Shown: positions 18,422 through 27,426 of the stretch, one piece after another
Numbering within the stretch: position 1 is the first letter of the stretch
How the letters are laid out: the number at the start of each line of letters is the position of its first letter
Source of the DNA: Delftia acidovorans NBRC 14950
GTDB taxonomy: Bacteria; Pseudomonadota; Gammaproteobacteria; Burkholderiales; Burkholderiaceae_C
Reading direction: 5' to 3'
DNA length: 32,000 nt
NCBI RefSeq assembly: GCF_001598795.1
Contig: NZ_BCZP01000020.1
Coordinates: 1 to 32,000, forward strand
Program-made: the position numbers and the translations under genes
The notes under the pieces: model-generated
What the model was told of the DNA's origin: nothing
Databases searched by the model: none
What the model saw: only the letters and a program-made list of their open reading frames with translations

Positions 18422-18913
18422 TCAGTCCTCGCTGGGACGGGGGTAGCCAGCCTCTGCCCAGGCTTGCGCAGACGTCCGGGTGAGCTGATGGTCCGGCCTG
18501 ACTCCCACCTTGGCCAGCTCGCTGCCGTCGGCAGCAGTGGCGGTGAGCGTGGCGCTGGGATTGTCCTCATCGGGCTCGATATCCAGAGAGACGGTCACGC
18601 GTGACCCGCTCACCACGATCTGCACATCCTTGTGCAACTGCGCTGCCAGATGCTGCTCATGCCGGCGCATCACCTCGTGCGCCGTCTTCACGAGCGTGTT
18701 GAAGGCGGAAACGTCCAGCGGCTTGGGATTTTTCTTGTCGCGGCCCATGGTCCACGGGCCGACCAGGCTTGGCTCCACCTGGCCGTCCTGGGTCATGGCA
18801 ACGGCCCAGCCATCGTCGTCTTCATTCTTGATGACGCGGGCCTCCCAGCCGTTGTGATGCCAAAGGCGGTCTTCGAAGATTGAGACGACTTCTTGTTCGA
18901 GTTCTGCGGACAT
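18422..18913 (-). CDS. Hypothetical protein (163 aa, acidic, soluble)
   Basis: ATG 18913 is preceded on the minus strand by AAGGGAAGGG. The amino-acid composition is well balanced and I recognise no family. Confidence 0.55.
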   Translation of the reverse strand: MSAELEQEVVSIFEDRLWHHNGWEARVIKNEDDDGWAVAMTQDGQVEPSLVGPWTMGRDKKNPKPLDVSAFNTLVKTAHEVMRRHEQHLAAQLHKDVQIVVSGSRVTVSLDIEPDEDNPSATLTATAADGSELAKVGVRPDHQLTRTSAQAWAEAGYPRPSED

Positions 18914-19049
18914 GTCCAGACCCTTCCCTTGTGAAAACTATCGAGCCCGAAATTCTACTGTCCATCCATACAGTTCGCGCTCAGGGGTCTATTCCCAAAC
19001 CGTGGACTCCCAAGAGACGAAAATGCTTCCCGATGGCACCGGAGACGGC

Positions 19050-19541
19050 ATGAACAACGACCTTGCACACCAGGACCCTGAACTGTTGCGCCGGCTGCTG
19101 CGCGCGAAGGACAGCATTGACGCCGCATCGCACGAGGCCTGGCCTGTCGGGCGACTGGCGCAGGTCAGTGGCGTGTCCGAAGCGCACTTCGCCCGGTCGT
19201 TCAAGCAGGCCTTCGGCAGTCCGCCGCACCGGTACTTGCTCACGCGGCGCATCGAGCGGGCAATGACGCTGCTGCGCGAAACCGATCTGGCCATTACCGA
19301 CATCGCCTTTGATACAGGCTGGGCAAGCCTGGGCACCTTCGGACGCACCTTCCGCGATATCACAGGCGACAGTCCCAGCGCAGTCCGGGTGCGCGCCCGG
19401 GCGACGATGCACGAGCTGGGCCTCGTGCCCGCCTGCATCGTCAGCGCCGCGCACCGCCCCGACCTCACGACCGCAGTTTCGGAGAAGCGACACCGGGCAA
19501 CAAGCGATACAAACGAACCCGAACAACAGGAGATCCCATGA
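19050..19541 (+). CDS. AraC-family transcriptional regulator (short form, HTH domains only)
   Basis: It has twin HTH motifs (LAQVSGVSEAHFARSFKQAFGSPPHRYLLTRRIERA and ITDIAFDTGWASLGTFGRTFRDITGDSP). ATG 19050 has a GGAGA RBS at 19041-19045. ATG 19023 is an alternative start. Confidence 0.8.
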   Translation: MNNDLAHQDPELLRRLLRAKDSIDAASHEAWPVGRLAQVSGVSEAHFARSFKQAFGSPPHRYLLTRRIERAMTLLRETDLAITDIAFDTGWASLGTFGRTFRDITGDSPSAVRVRARATMHELGLVPACIVSAAHRPDLTTAVSEKRHRATSDTNEPEQQEIP

Positions 19542-19945
19542 TTCAAGGCGTTGAAGTGGTTGGTTTGTATGTGCGCGATCAAGACGAAGCACTCGCGTTC
19601 TATGTCGACAAACTCGGGTTCCGCGTTCACACGGACGTGGCAAACGGCGACTATCGCTGGCTCACGGTGCAGCACCCGGAACAGCCGTCGTTCCAGCTCG
19701 GCCTGTTCACACCCGGCCCGCCCGTGCTCGACGCAGCAACGGCGCAGGCAGTGCGCGCGATTGTGGCCAAAGGCGCCATGCCGCCCCTCGTACTGACCGT
19801 GGATGACTGCCGCGCGGCCTACGACCGAATGCTCGCAAGCGGAGTGGAATTCACGCAGGAACCCGTGGCACGGTACGGCACCGTGGACGCGGGCTTCCGC
19901 GATCCGTCGGGGAACGGGTGGAAGATGATCCAGGCGCGCCGCTAA
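19538..19945 (+). CDS. VOC-family protein (glyoxalase/bleomycin resistance/dioxygenase fold)
   Basis: 135 aa (VVGLYVRDQDEALAFYVDKLGF...FRDPSGNGWKMIQ). The ATGA start overlaps the AraC gene's stop, and CAGGAG precedes it as RBS. Confidence 0.85.
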   Translation: MIQGVEVVGLYVRDQDEALAFYVDKLGFRVHTDVANGDYRWLTVQHPEQPSFQLGLFTPGPPVLDAATAQAVRAIVAKGAMPPLVLTVDDCRAAYDRMLASGVEFTQEPVARYGTVDAGFRDPSGNGWKMIQARR

Positions 19946-19956
19946 GGGAGGCCGCC

Positions 19957-20187
19957 TTGAACTGGAACCACCGGATCCGGCAGATCCACCGCTGGCTGTC
20001 AGTCGCCTTCACGGTCACCGTCATCGCCAACTTCATTGTCCGGGCGCAGGGGGAACCTCCCTCCTGGGTCAGCTACTCGCCGTTGCCCCCGCTCTTTCTC
20101 TTGCTGTTGAGCGGTCTGTACCTCTTCGTGCTGCCGTACGCCTGCATGCGACGCAGTGGAACAAGGAAGCCAGGCGATGCAAGGTAG
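19957..20187 (+). CDS. Small hypothetical membrane protein (76 aa, two predicted TM helices)
   Basis: TTG 19957 follows a strong RBS, AAGGGAGG (19944-19951). Hydrophobic segments are WLSVAFTVTVIANFIV and LPPLFLLLLSGLYLFVLPY. Confidence 0.4.
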   Translation: MNWNHRIRQIHRWLSVAFTVTVIANFIVRAQGEPPSWVSYSPLPPLFLLLLSGLYLFVLPYACMRRSGTRKPGDAR

Positions 20188-20336
20188 GTGTCTTGGCCAT
20201 TGAATGGCCGCCAGCAACCGAAGGCCACAGCCGGGCGTCGCCAGCCGGCTGCTGGCCGGTGGCTTCAGGCTGGGAACAGTCTTTCGGGGCGAGCTGATCG
20301 ACTGTCCGCAGTCGACCCCATAAGGAACATCTGCAA

Positions 20337-21245
20337 CTAACTCCCCTGCTCCTGGCCAGCGGCACCGAATGCGGGAATCCTGGAGAACACGTCGCCCATG
20401 AAGTCCATGAACGCGATGGCCCGTGTGGGAAGCAAGCGGTTTGCGACGTAGACGATCTGAACAGGCACATGCGGGGCGGTATGTTCCAGCAGGATGCGCT
20501 GCAAGGCCCCGCTTTTCAGCCCCCCCTCGAACAACCACGCGGGGCCGTGTCCAACCCCCAAACCGGCGATGACCGCTTCGCGAACCGCGTCGGGCGAGTT
20601 GACCCTCAACCGGCCTGAAACCGGAACTTCGGCGTCACGGAAGCGCCATGTCGCACCGGACGACAACAAGGTGTAGACCACGCAGTCGTGGTCACGCAGT
20701 TCATCGGGCGTCTGTGGCTCTCCGCGTTTGGCCAGATAGTCCTTGCTGGCAACGAACACCCGCTCGTACGAGCCGACGCGCCGAGCTCGCAGCGCACTGT
20801 CTTCAAGATGTCCAATGCGAATGGCAAGTTCAGTCCCCTCGTTGACGAGGTCCACGTAGCGATCGCTGATTTGCAGGTCCAGGGCCAGCCTCGGGTAGCG
20901 CTCCAGAAACGCGGGGACGTGGGGCATCACGAAGGTGTGTGCCAGTGAGGTGGGACAGGCCACGCGCAAGAGCCCTGAAGGATCGACGCTGTCCCGGAAC
21001 GAGGATTCCGATTCGTCCACGGCATCCAGGATGCGCCGCGCGTCGGCGTAGTAGCGCTCACCCTCCGGCGTCAGGGAGAGCTTGCGTGTGGACCGGTGCA
21101 GCAGCCGTGTCTGCAGGTGCTCTTCCAGCGCCGCCACGTAGCGGCTCACGTTGGGTTGTCCCAGGCCCAGGTCGCGCCCCGCAGCAGAGAAGCTGCCTGT
21201 CTCCACGGCGCGGGCAAAGCAGGTCATCCAGAGCAGTCGGTCCAT
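20337..21245 (-). CDS. LysR-family transcriptional regulator
   Basis: 302 aa from ATG 21245 (MDRLLWMTCFARAVETGSFSAAGRDLGLGQPNVSRYVAALEEHL), followed by a LysR substrate-binding domain. Confidence 0.9.
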   Translation of the reverse strand: MDRLLWMTCFARAVETGSFSAAGRDLGLGQPNVSRYVAALEEHLQTRLLHRSTRKLSLTPEGERYYADARRILDAVDESESSFRDSVDPSGLLRVACPTSLAHTFVMPHVPAFLERYPRLALDLQISDRYVDLVNEGTELAIRIGHLEDSALRARRVGSYERVFVASKDYLAKRGEPQTPDELRDHDCVVYTLLSSGATWRFRDAEVPVSGRLRVNSPDAVREAVIAGLGVGHGPAWLFEGGLKSGALQRILLEHTAPHVPVQIVYVANRLLPTRAIAFMDFMGDVFSRIPAFGAAGQEQGS

Positions 21246-21260
21246 GTTTTTCCTTTTATT

Positions 21261-21277
21261 CATGCCAATTTTGCATG
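21261..21277. promoter_or_regulatory. LysR-type T-N11-A dyad (CATGC-CAATTTT-GCATG) in the divergent LysR/SDR intergenic region
   Basis: TGCCAATTTTGCA fits T-N11-A with TGC/GCA arms. It lies in an AT-rich divergent promoter region. Confidence 0.4.
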
Positions 21278-21372
21278 AAATATATTGAAAAACCATATCT
21301 TATGTATTCCAAGACATGAATGCACATTACTCCCAGGCGGCCGCGGTTGGTCGTCACCCCAAGGAGAATTTC

Positions 21373-22125
21373 ATGTCACGCCTGCAAGGCAAACGCACCC
21401 TCATCACCGGCGGCACCAGCGGCATCGGCCTGGAGACCGCCAGGCAGTTTCTGGCTGAAGGTGCCCGTGTCATCGTGACCGGAGTCAATCCCGATTCGAT
21501 CGCCAAGGCCCAGGCCGAACTCGGCCCAGAGGTCCCGGTGCTGCGCGCAGACTCGGCCAGCGTCGCCGCACAGAAAGAACTGGCTCAAGCCGTAAAGGAC
21601 CGCTTTGGCCAGCTGGACGTCGCCTTCCTCAACGCCGGTGTGTCGGTCTGGCGTCCCATCGAGGAATGGACGGAAGAGATGTTCGACCGCCTGTTCGATG
21701 TCAATGTCAAGGGGCCGTACTTCCTGCTTCAGTCCCTGCTGCCGGTGTTCGCGAATCCCGCTTCCGTGGTGCTGACCACGTCCATCAGCGCCCATGCCGG
21801 TGCGGATCGCTCGTCCGTCTACGCCGCCACCAAGGCAGCGTTCCTGAACATGTCCAAGACGCTGTCAACCGAACTGCTCGGGCGTGGCATCCGTATCAAC
21901 GCGGTCAGTCCCGGCCCCGTCGAGACACCGCTGTACGACAAGCTGGGCATCCCCGGCGCCTACCGCGAGCAGATCAACAAGGACATCGTGGCAACCATCC
22001 CGCTCGGCCGCTTCGGCACCTCCGAGGAGGTGGCCAAGGCTGTGCTGTACCTGGCGTCCGACGAATCCCGCTGGACGGTGGGCTCTGAAATCGTGCTCGA
22101 TGGCGGCCGCCTGCTCAACCGCTGA
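21373..22125 (+). CDS. SDR-family oxidoreductase (classical short-chain dehydrogenase)
   Basis: 250 aa. AAGGAG RBS at 21361-21366. It has TGGTSGIG cofactor motif, NAGV, and the YAATK catalytic Y-x3-K. Confidence 0.9.
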   Translation: MSRLQGKRTLITGGTSGIGLETARQFLAEGARVIVTGVNPDSIAKAQAELGPEVPVLRADSASVAAQKELAQAVKDRFGQLDVAFLNAGVSVWRPIEEWTEEMFDRLFDVNVKGPYFLLQSLLPVFANPASVVLTTSISAHAGADRSSVYAATKAAFLNMSKTLSTELLGRGIRINAVSPGPVETPLYDKLGIPGAYREQINKDIVATIPLGRFGTSEEVAKAVLYLASDESRWTVGSEIVLDGGRLLNR

Positions 22126-22188
22126 GGACGCAGCGTGTGCGGTGTGTCACCGCCTGTGGCTACCGCACCCCCACTTCGAAAGAGCTTC

Positions 22189-22863
22189 ATGATCGAGCCC
22201 CGCCTCACCCTCGTCAGCCATCCGCTATGCCCCTTTGTCCAGCGAGCGGCGATCGTCCTGCTGGAAAAGGGCGTTCCCTTTGACAGGATCACCATCGATC
22301 TGGCCGCCAAGCCCGACTGGTTCCTGGACATGTCGCCGAACGGCAAGGTCCCGCTGCTGCGCGTGCGCCAGCAAGACGGAACGCAAGCCGTGATCTTCGA
22401 GAGCATGGTGATCTGCGAGTACCTCGAAGAGTCGCAGGGCGGCGCACCGATGTATCCACGCGACGCACTGGCGCGTGCCCGCCAGCGGGGCTGGATCGAG
22501 TTCGGCACCGCGACACTTGCGCACGCCTGGCAGTTCCTCAACGCCATCGACCGCGCGGCTGCAGATGCCAAGCAGGCAGCGTTCCGGCACCGCCTCCAGC
22601 AACTGGAAGCGGAGCTCGGGTCGGGGCCCTATTTCGACGGCACCGCGTTTGGCATGGTGGACGCCGTCTTCGCTCCTGTTTTTCGCTACTTCGACAGCCT
22701 GGATCCAGCGGTGTCGCACGCCATCTTCGAGAACCTGCCTCGCGTGTCGGCATGGCGCAACGCACTCGCGCTGCGACGCAGCGTCATCGATTCCGTGGGA
22801 AGCGACTATGCGCAGCGGTTCAGGCAGCACCTGCGTGAGCACGCCGCGCTGCTCGCCGGCTGA
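22189..22863 (+). CDS. Glutathione S-transferase family protein (Cys-type active site, CPF motif)
   Basis: 224 aa. It has an N-terminal thioredoxin-like fold with SHPLCPFVQR and a VPLL...ESMVICEYL motif, followed by a helical GST C-terminal domain. Confidence 0.8.
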   Translation: MIEPRLTLVSHPLCPFVQRAAIVLLEKGVPFDRITIDLAAKPDWFLDMSPNGKVPLLRVRQQDGTQAVIFESMVICEYLEESQGGAPMYPRDALARARQRGWIEFGTATLAHAWQFLNAIDRAAADAKQAAFRHRLQQLEAELGSGPYFDGTAFGMVDAVFAPVFRYFDSLDPAVSHAIFENLPRVSAWRNALALRRSVIDSVGSDYAQRFRQHLREHAALLAG

Positions 22864-22874
22864 CCCGTGGGGAT

Positions 22875-23759
22875 TCAGGGCTCCGTGGCCCGCAGTTCGT
22901 CGTGAAGCCAGTCCACCAGCTTCACCACATCGGGGCGGCGGCTGAGGTGGGGCGCGGTCCAGGACACGAGCCGGTTGGGGCCGCGCACAAAGCCCATGGG
23001 CGCCACCAGGGTGCCGCTCATCAAGTCGTCGCGCACCAGCATGCGCGGCACATTGGCCATGCCCAGGCCGCAGCGCGCGCCCTGGATAAGCAGGTAGAAA
23101 TGCTCGAACGACTGGTCCACCCGCAGGTTTTGGTCTGGCTGCGTGCTGCAGCGGGCCCAGTCGGCCCAGGCGTTCGGGCGGGTGCGGGAAACCATGAGCT
23201 GCGCTCGCGCCAGGTCTTCGAAGGAAGCGATGCGGTTCTGTCGCAGGTACTCGGGCGAACACACCGGTCCGATCCACTCGTGCGCGACGTCTGCACGCAC
23301 GGCGTCCCGGGGCGGTTCGATCGACGACAGCCGGATCGCCACACTGACGTTGTCGTGCGCAAAGTCGATCGGCCCGTGGCTCATGTTGAAGCGCAGCTCC
23401 ACCTCGGGGTGAGCTTCCTTGAAGCGACCCAGCCTGGGAATGAGCCAGTACATCATGATCGACTCCGAGCAGGCCAGGGTCAGCGGGCCCGGCTTGAGCT
23501 GCTCGACGCTGGACTGGATCAGTCCGAAACCCTTCGAGAGGCCCTCCGCCAGGCGCTGCCCTTCGCCGGTCGGCATGGCCCCCTGCGCCGTGCGCTGCAA
23601 AAGTGCCAGACCCAGCGTGTCTTCCAGCATCCGGATGTGGCGGCTGACCGCGCCATGCGTGACCGACAGTTCCTCCGCCGCCGCGCTGAAGCTGCGCAGG
23701 CGCGCCGTCGCTTCAAAGGCCCGCAGTGCGTTGAGCGAGAGGCGGTGGGGGGTGGTCAT
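22875..23759 (-). CDS. LysR-family transcriptional regulator (GcvA-like), divergent from the RLP gene
   Basis: 294 aa from ATG 23759 (MTTPHRLSLNALRAFEATARLRSFSAAAEELSVTHGAVSRHIRMLE). Confidence 0.9.
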   Translation of the reverse strand: MTTPHRLSLNALRAFEATARLRSFSAAAEELSVTHGAVSRHIRMLEDTLGLALLQRTAQGAMPTGEGQRLAEGLSKGFGLIQSSVEQLKPGPLTLACSESIMMYWLIPRLGRFKEAHPEVELRFNMSHGPIDFAHDNVSVAIRLSSIEPPRDAVRADVAHEWIGPVCSPEYLRQNRIASFEDLARAQLMVSRTRPNAWADWARCSTQPDQNLRVDQSFEHFYLLIQGARCGLGMANVPRMLVRDDLMSGTLVAPMGFVRGPNRLVSWTAPHLSRRPDVVKLVDWLHDELRATEP

Positions 23760-23797
23760 GGATGCACTTTCCAACTAAGGGTCAACCTGGGTGCCGT

Positions 23798-23812
23798 GTG
23801 AGTTTAAGTCAC
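23798..23812. promoter_or_regulatory. LysR-type T-N11-A dyad (GTGA-GTTTAAG-TCAC) between the LysR and RLP genes
   Basis: TGAGTTTAAGTCA fits T-N11-A. An octamer, TCACAGCC, recurs at 23809-23816 and 23885-23892. Confidence 0.4.
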
Positions 23813-23894
23813 AGCCTACCGAAATCATATCGTTTTACACAAGGAAAGATGGCTCTTATCGTTCAGTCCGGTTTCAAAATTAACTCACAGCCCG

Positions 23895-25169
23895 ATGACC
23901 AAGAACACCACCCGTGCCGAATTCACCGCGCGCTACTTCGTCGAAAGCTCGGTCTCGTCCGAGAAGGTTGCGCAGGTCATCGCCGGCGAACAGTCCAGCG
24001 GCACCTTCCTCTCGTTGCCCGGCGAGACGGACGAGCTCAAGGAACGCTCTCGCGCCCGTGTCACCCGCATCGAGCCGCTCGCCCCTGCGCTTGAGCCCAC
24101 GCTGCCCAGCGCCTATGTGGATCGCCAACCGCACGGCGGGGTGTTCCATCGGGCCGAGATCGAGATCGCGTTCCCGGAGGCCAACGTCGGAGCCAACCTG
24201 TCCAGCCTGCTGGCCACGGTGGCGGGCAACCTGTACGAACTGGGCGAGGTCACCGGTCTGCGCCTGCTGGACCTGGACCTGTCGCCCGGCTACGCCGCCC
24301 AATTCGCCGGCCCGGCCTTTGGGGTGTCCGGCACCCGGCGGATGGCCGGGGTCCACGGCCGGCCGCTGATCGGCACCATCATCAAGCCCAGTATCGGCCT
24401 CACGCCTGGCCAGACTGCCGAACTGGTCGACTCGCTGTGCGCAGCCGGCATCGACTTCATCAAGGACGATGAGCTGATCGCCGATCCACCCTATGCGCCG
24501 TTCGACGAGCGCCTGCGGGCCGTCATGCCGGTGCTGCAGCGCCATGCAGACCGCCTGGGCCGCATGCCGATGTACGCAATCAACATCTCCGGCTCCATCG
24601 ACGAGATGCTGCGCCGCCACGATGCCGTGCTCGCAGCAGGCGGCACCTGCGTGATGGTGAGCGTCAACTGGGTCGGCTTCGCCGGGGTGGAACACCTGCG
24701 CCGCCACGCCCAGTTGCCGATCCACGGCCACCGCAACGGCTGGGGCGCGTTCACACGGCACCAGGGGCTGGGCTTCTCGTTCCAGGCTTACCAGAAGCTG
24801 TGGCGCCTGGCGGGGGTGGACCACCTGCACGTCAATGGCCTGCGCAGCAAGTTCTGGGAGCCGGACGACTCGGTCATCGCCTCGGCCCGCGCCTGCCTGT
24901 CGCCCTGGGCCGGACACCAGCCGCTGATGCCGGTGTTCTCGTCGGGCCAGTGGGCGGGCCAGGCGCCGGACCTGTACGCGGCTCTGGGTTCGGTGGACCT
25001 CATGCACCTGGCCGGCGGCGGCATCATCGGCCACCCCGACGGCATCGCCGCCGGTATGGCCAGCATGCGTGAAGGCTGGGAGGCGGCGGTGGCGAGCATC
25101 GGCCTGGACGCCTACGCCAAAACGCACCCCGCACTCCAGCGGGCAATGGCGCACTTTGCCGGGCGGTGA
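23895..25169 (+). CDS. RuBisCO-like protein (form IV RuBisCO large-subunit homologue)
   Basis: 424 aa. It has RuBisCO large-chain motifs GTIIKPSIGL (equivalent to the KPKLG region), IDFIKDDE (carbamylated Lys plus metal ligands), IHGHRNG (HR pair), HLHVNG, FSSGQW and LAGGGIIGHP. There is no small-subunit or cbb gene nearby. Confidence 0.9.
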   Translation: MTKNTTRAEFTARYFVESSVSSEKVAQVIAGEQSSGTFLSLPGETDELKERSRARVTRIEPLAPALEPTLPSAYVDRQPHGGVFHRAEIEIAFPEANVGANLSSLLATVAGNLYELGEVTGLRLLDLDLSPGYAAQFAGPAFGVSGTRRMAGVHGRPLIGTIIKPSIGLTPGQTAELVDSLCAAGIDFIKDDELIADPPYAPFDERLRAVMPVLQRHADRLGRMPMYAINISGSIDEMLRRHDAVLAAGGTCVMVSVNWVGFAGVEHLRRHAQLPIHGHRNGWGAFTRHQGLGFSFQAYQKLWRLAGVDHLHVNGLRSKFWEPDDSVIASARACLSPWAGHQPLMPVFSSGQWAGQAPDLYAALGSVDLMHLAGGGIIGHPDGIAAGMASMREGWEAAVASIGLDAYAKTHPALQRAMAHFAGR

Positions 25170-25172
25170 ACG

Positions 25173-26579
25173 ATGACTTCGACTGACAAGGCCCAAGGGC
25201 TGAAGCTCGCGTTCTACGGCGACGACTTCACCGGCTCCACCGATGCGCTGGAGGTCCTGGCTTTCGGCGGGCTGCGCTGCGCGCTCTTCCTGTCGGTGCC
25301 GAAGTCGGCGCAGATGGCTGCGTTGGGCGGCTTCGACGCCATCGGCGTGGCCGGCGCGAGCCGGGCGATGACGCCGCAGGAGATGGATGCGCAGCTGCCC
25401 GACGTATTGAGTGGGCTCGCCGCCCTGGCGCCGCAGATCGTGCACTACAAGGTGTGCTCCACCTTCGACAGCGCGCCAGCGGTGGGCAACATCGGCCGGG
25501 TCATCGAACTGTCTCGGGCGGCCTTCCCGCAGCCCGTGGTGCCGATCGTCGCCAGCACGCCGGCACTGGGTCGCTACTGCCTGTTTGGCCACCTGTTTGC
25601 GCGGTCGGGCACCGACGGCGAGGTGTACCGCATCGACCGCCACCCGATCATGAGCGTGCACCCGGTGACGCCGATGCAGGAGTCCGACGTGGCCCGGCAC
25701 CTGGAAAAGCAGGCGCCATTGGCCATCGGCAACGTGCCGCTGACCTGGCTCGACACCCAGTCGCCGGCCGAGCTGGCGCAACACATCCGCGCCATGGCGC
25801 CAGCCCGGCAGGCGGTGGTGATCGACGGCCTGAGCGCCGGCCACCTGACCACCACCGGCGACTGCCTTCAGCAGATGGCTGCGGGGCTAAAAGCGCCCCT
25901 CTTTGTGGTCGGATCGTCCGGTGTCGAGTACGCGTTGACGCAATCCTGGCAGGGAGAAACGGCTGCGTCGGGCGACCGCTACGGCAGCTTCGGCGCCGTC
26001 GACCAGGTGCTGGTCGTCTCGGGCAGCGCCTCGAAGCTCAGTGCGATGCAGATCGAGGCGGCGGTGGACGCCGGCTTCCGCGAGGTGGCGATCGATGTCG
26101 AGGCGCTGGCCATCGGCCCGGACACCGCCGCCGCCGAGGCGCGCCTCGTGAGCGAGGTGGTCAGTGCGCTGGCCAGCGGCGCCAGCGTGGTGATGCACAC
26201 CGCACGCGGCCCGTCCGATCCGCGCGTGGCCCGCTTGACCCAGGGCCTGCAGATGCGGGGCGCCAGCCTGGAGCAGGCGCGCCACCAGAGCGGGCGCCTG
26301 GTCAGTGAACGGCTGGGCATCGCGGTGGACGCCATCGTTCGCCGCCACCGGCTGCGTCGCCTGGTGCTCTCGGGGGGCGACACGTCCAGCCGCATCACAC
26401 AGGCCCTCGGCCCCGACGCCCTGGAGATCCGCGCCCGCCTGTCGCCCGGCGCACCGCTGTGTGCCGTCCTGTCCACACAGTCCCACCTGAGCGGGCTGGA
26501 GCTGGCCCTCAAGGGCGGCCAGATGGGCGCTCCCGACTACTTCGTCCGCGCGCTGCGGGGCAGCGCCGGGGACGCCTGA
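25173..26579 (+). CDS. DUF1537-family four-carbon/acid-sugar kinase (OtnK/OiaK-like)
   Basis: 468 aa. The N-terminal motif LAFYGDDFTGSTDALE is typical of DUF1537 (YgbK-like) kinases, and the C-terminal nucleotide-binding domain has LSGGDTS. It starts 4 nt after the RLP gene's stop. Confidence 0.88.
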   Translation: MTSTDKAQGLKLAFYGDDFTGSTDALEVLAFGGLRCALFLSVPKSAQMAALGGFDAIGVAGASRAMTPQEMDAQLPDVLSGLAALAPQIVHYKVCSTFDSAPAVGNIGRVIELSRAAFPQPVVPIVASTPALGRYCLFGHLFARSGTDGEVYRIDRHPIMSVHPVTPMQESDVARHLEKQAPLAIGNVPLTWLDTQSPAELAQHIRAMAPARQAVVIDGLSAGHLTTTGDCLQQMAAGLKAPLFVVGSSGVEYALTQSWQGETAASGDRYGSFGAVDQVLVVSGSASKLSAMQIEAAVDAGFREVAIDVEALAIGPDTAAAEARLVSEVVSALASGASVVMHTARGPSDPRVARLTQGLQMRGASLEQARHQSGRLVSERLGIAVDAIVRRHRLRRLVLSGGDTSSRITQALGPDALEIRARLSPGAPLCAVLSTQSHLSGLELALKGGQMGAPDYFVRALRGSAGDA

Positions 26580-26619
26580 TGCATTGAACCATTCACACAA
26601 AACCACCAGGAGACCTGTC

Positions 26620-27393
26620 TTGCCATCCACCCACACTCCACACCGCGTCGCGGTCGTCACCGGCGGCGCCATGGGCATCGGCGCCGAAGTCTGCCGGCGT
26701 CTGGCCGCCGCAGGCTTTGCCATCGTCGTCGCCGACCGCGACCAGACGGCCGCCGAGACCACCGCCGCGGACCTGCGCGCCGACGGTGCGACCGCCGAGG
26801 CCCAGGCCATCGACGTTGGCGACGCCGCATCGGTCGACAGCGCCTTCGCCGCCATCGAGCAGCGCCATGGACGCTGTGACGTGCTGGTCAACTCGGCCGG
26901 CATCGCCAAGGTCCATCCCTTCCTGGAGTTTCCGGACGACAACTTCGCGGCCACCATGGCCGTCAACGTCAACGGCACCTTCCTGTGCAGCCAGCGCGCA
27001 GCGCGCCTGATGGTGCGCAACCATTGGGGCCGTATCGTCAACATCGCCTCGGTGGCAGGCATGCGCGCCGTCGGCACCGGGCGGACTGCCTACGGCACCT
27101 CCAAGGGCGCCGTGATCGCGCTGACCCGCCAAATGGCAGTCGAGCTGGCCGAAAAGGGCGTGACGGCCAACGCCGTGGCGCCCGGTCCGGTGGACACACC
27201 GATGACCCGTGTGCTGCACACCGCGCAATTCCGTCGAGAGTACGAGAACGCGATCCCGATGAACCGATACGGCACCGTGGGCGAAATCGCAGCGGCCGTG
27301 ATGTACCTGGTGTCCGAGGACGCGGGGTTCGTGACCGGCGTCACCCTGCCGGTCGATGGCGGCTTCCTCGCCTCTGGCGCCCGGGGCATCTGA
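26620..27393 (+). CDS. SDR-family oxidoreductase (classical, NAD(P)-dependent)
   Basis: It has TGGAMGIG, NSAG, and S...YGTSK (Y-x3-K). The preferred start is TTG 26620, preceded by AGGAGA (26608-26613). The track start is TTG 26584. Confidence 0.85.
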   Translation: MPSTHTPHRVAVVTGGAMGIGAEVCRRLAAAGFAIVVADRDQTAAETTAADLRADGATAEAQAIDVGDAASVDSAFAAIEQRHGRCDVLVNSAGIAKVHPFLEFPDDNFAATMAVNVNGTFLCSQRAARLMVRNHWGRIVNIASVAGMRAVGTGRTAYGTSKGAVIALTRQMAVELAEKGVTANAVAPGPVDTPMTRVLHTAQFRREYENAIPMNRYGTVGEIAAAVMYLVSEDAGFVTGVTLPVDGGFLASGARGI

Positions 27394-27426
27394 ACCATCA
27401 CTTTTTCCACCCTGAGAGGAGACTCC

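Noticed and set aside
20188-20336. Short palindromes (GGCCAT-TGA-ATGGCC and GCCGG-rich segments) between the small membrane ORF and the LysR gene's 3' end.
   Set aside because: The stems are 6 bp or shorter and lack U-tracts. They cannot be distinguished from chance in GC-rich DNA.
23880-25844. A 654-aa minus-strand ORF.
   Set aside because: It is antisense to the RLP and DUF1537 kinase genes, both of which carry diagnostic motifs.
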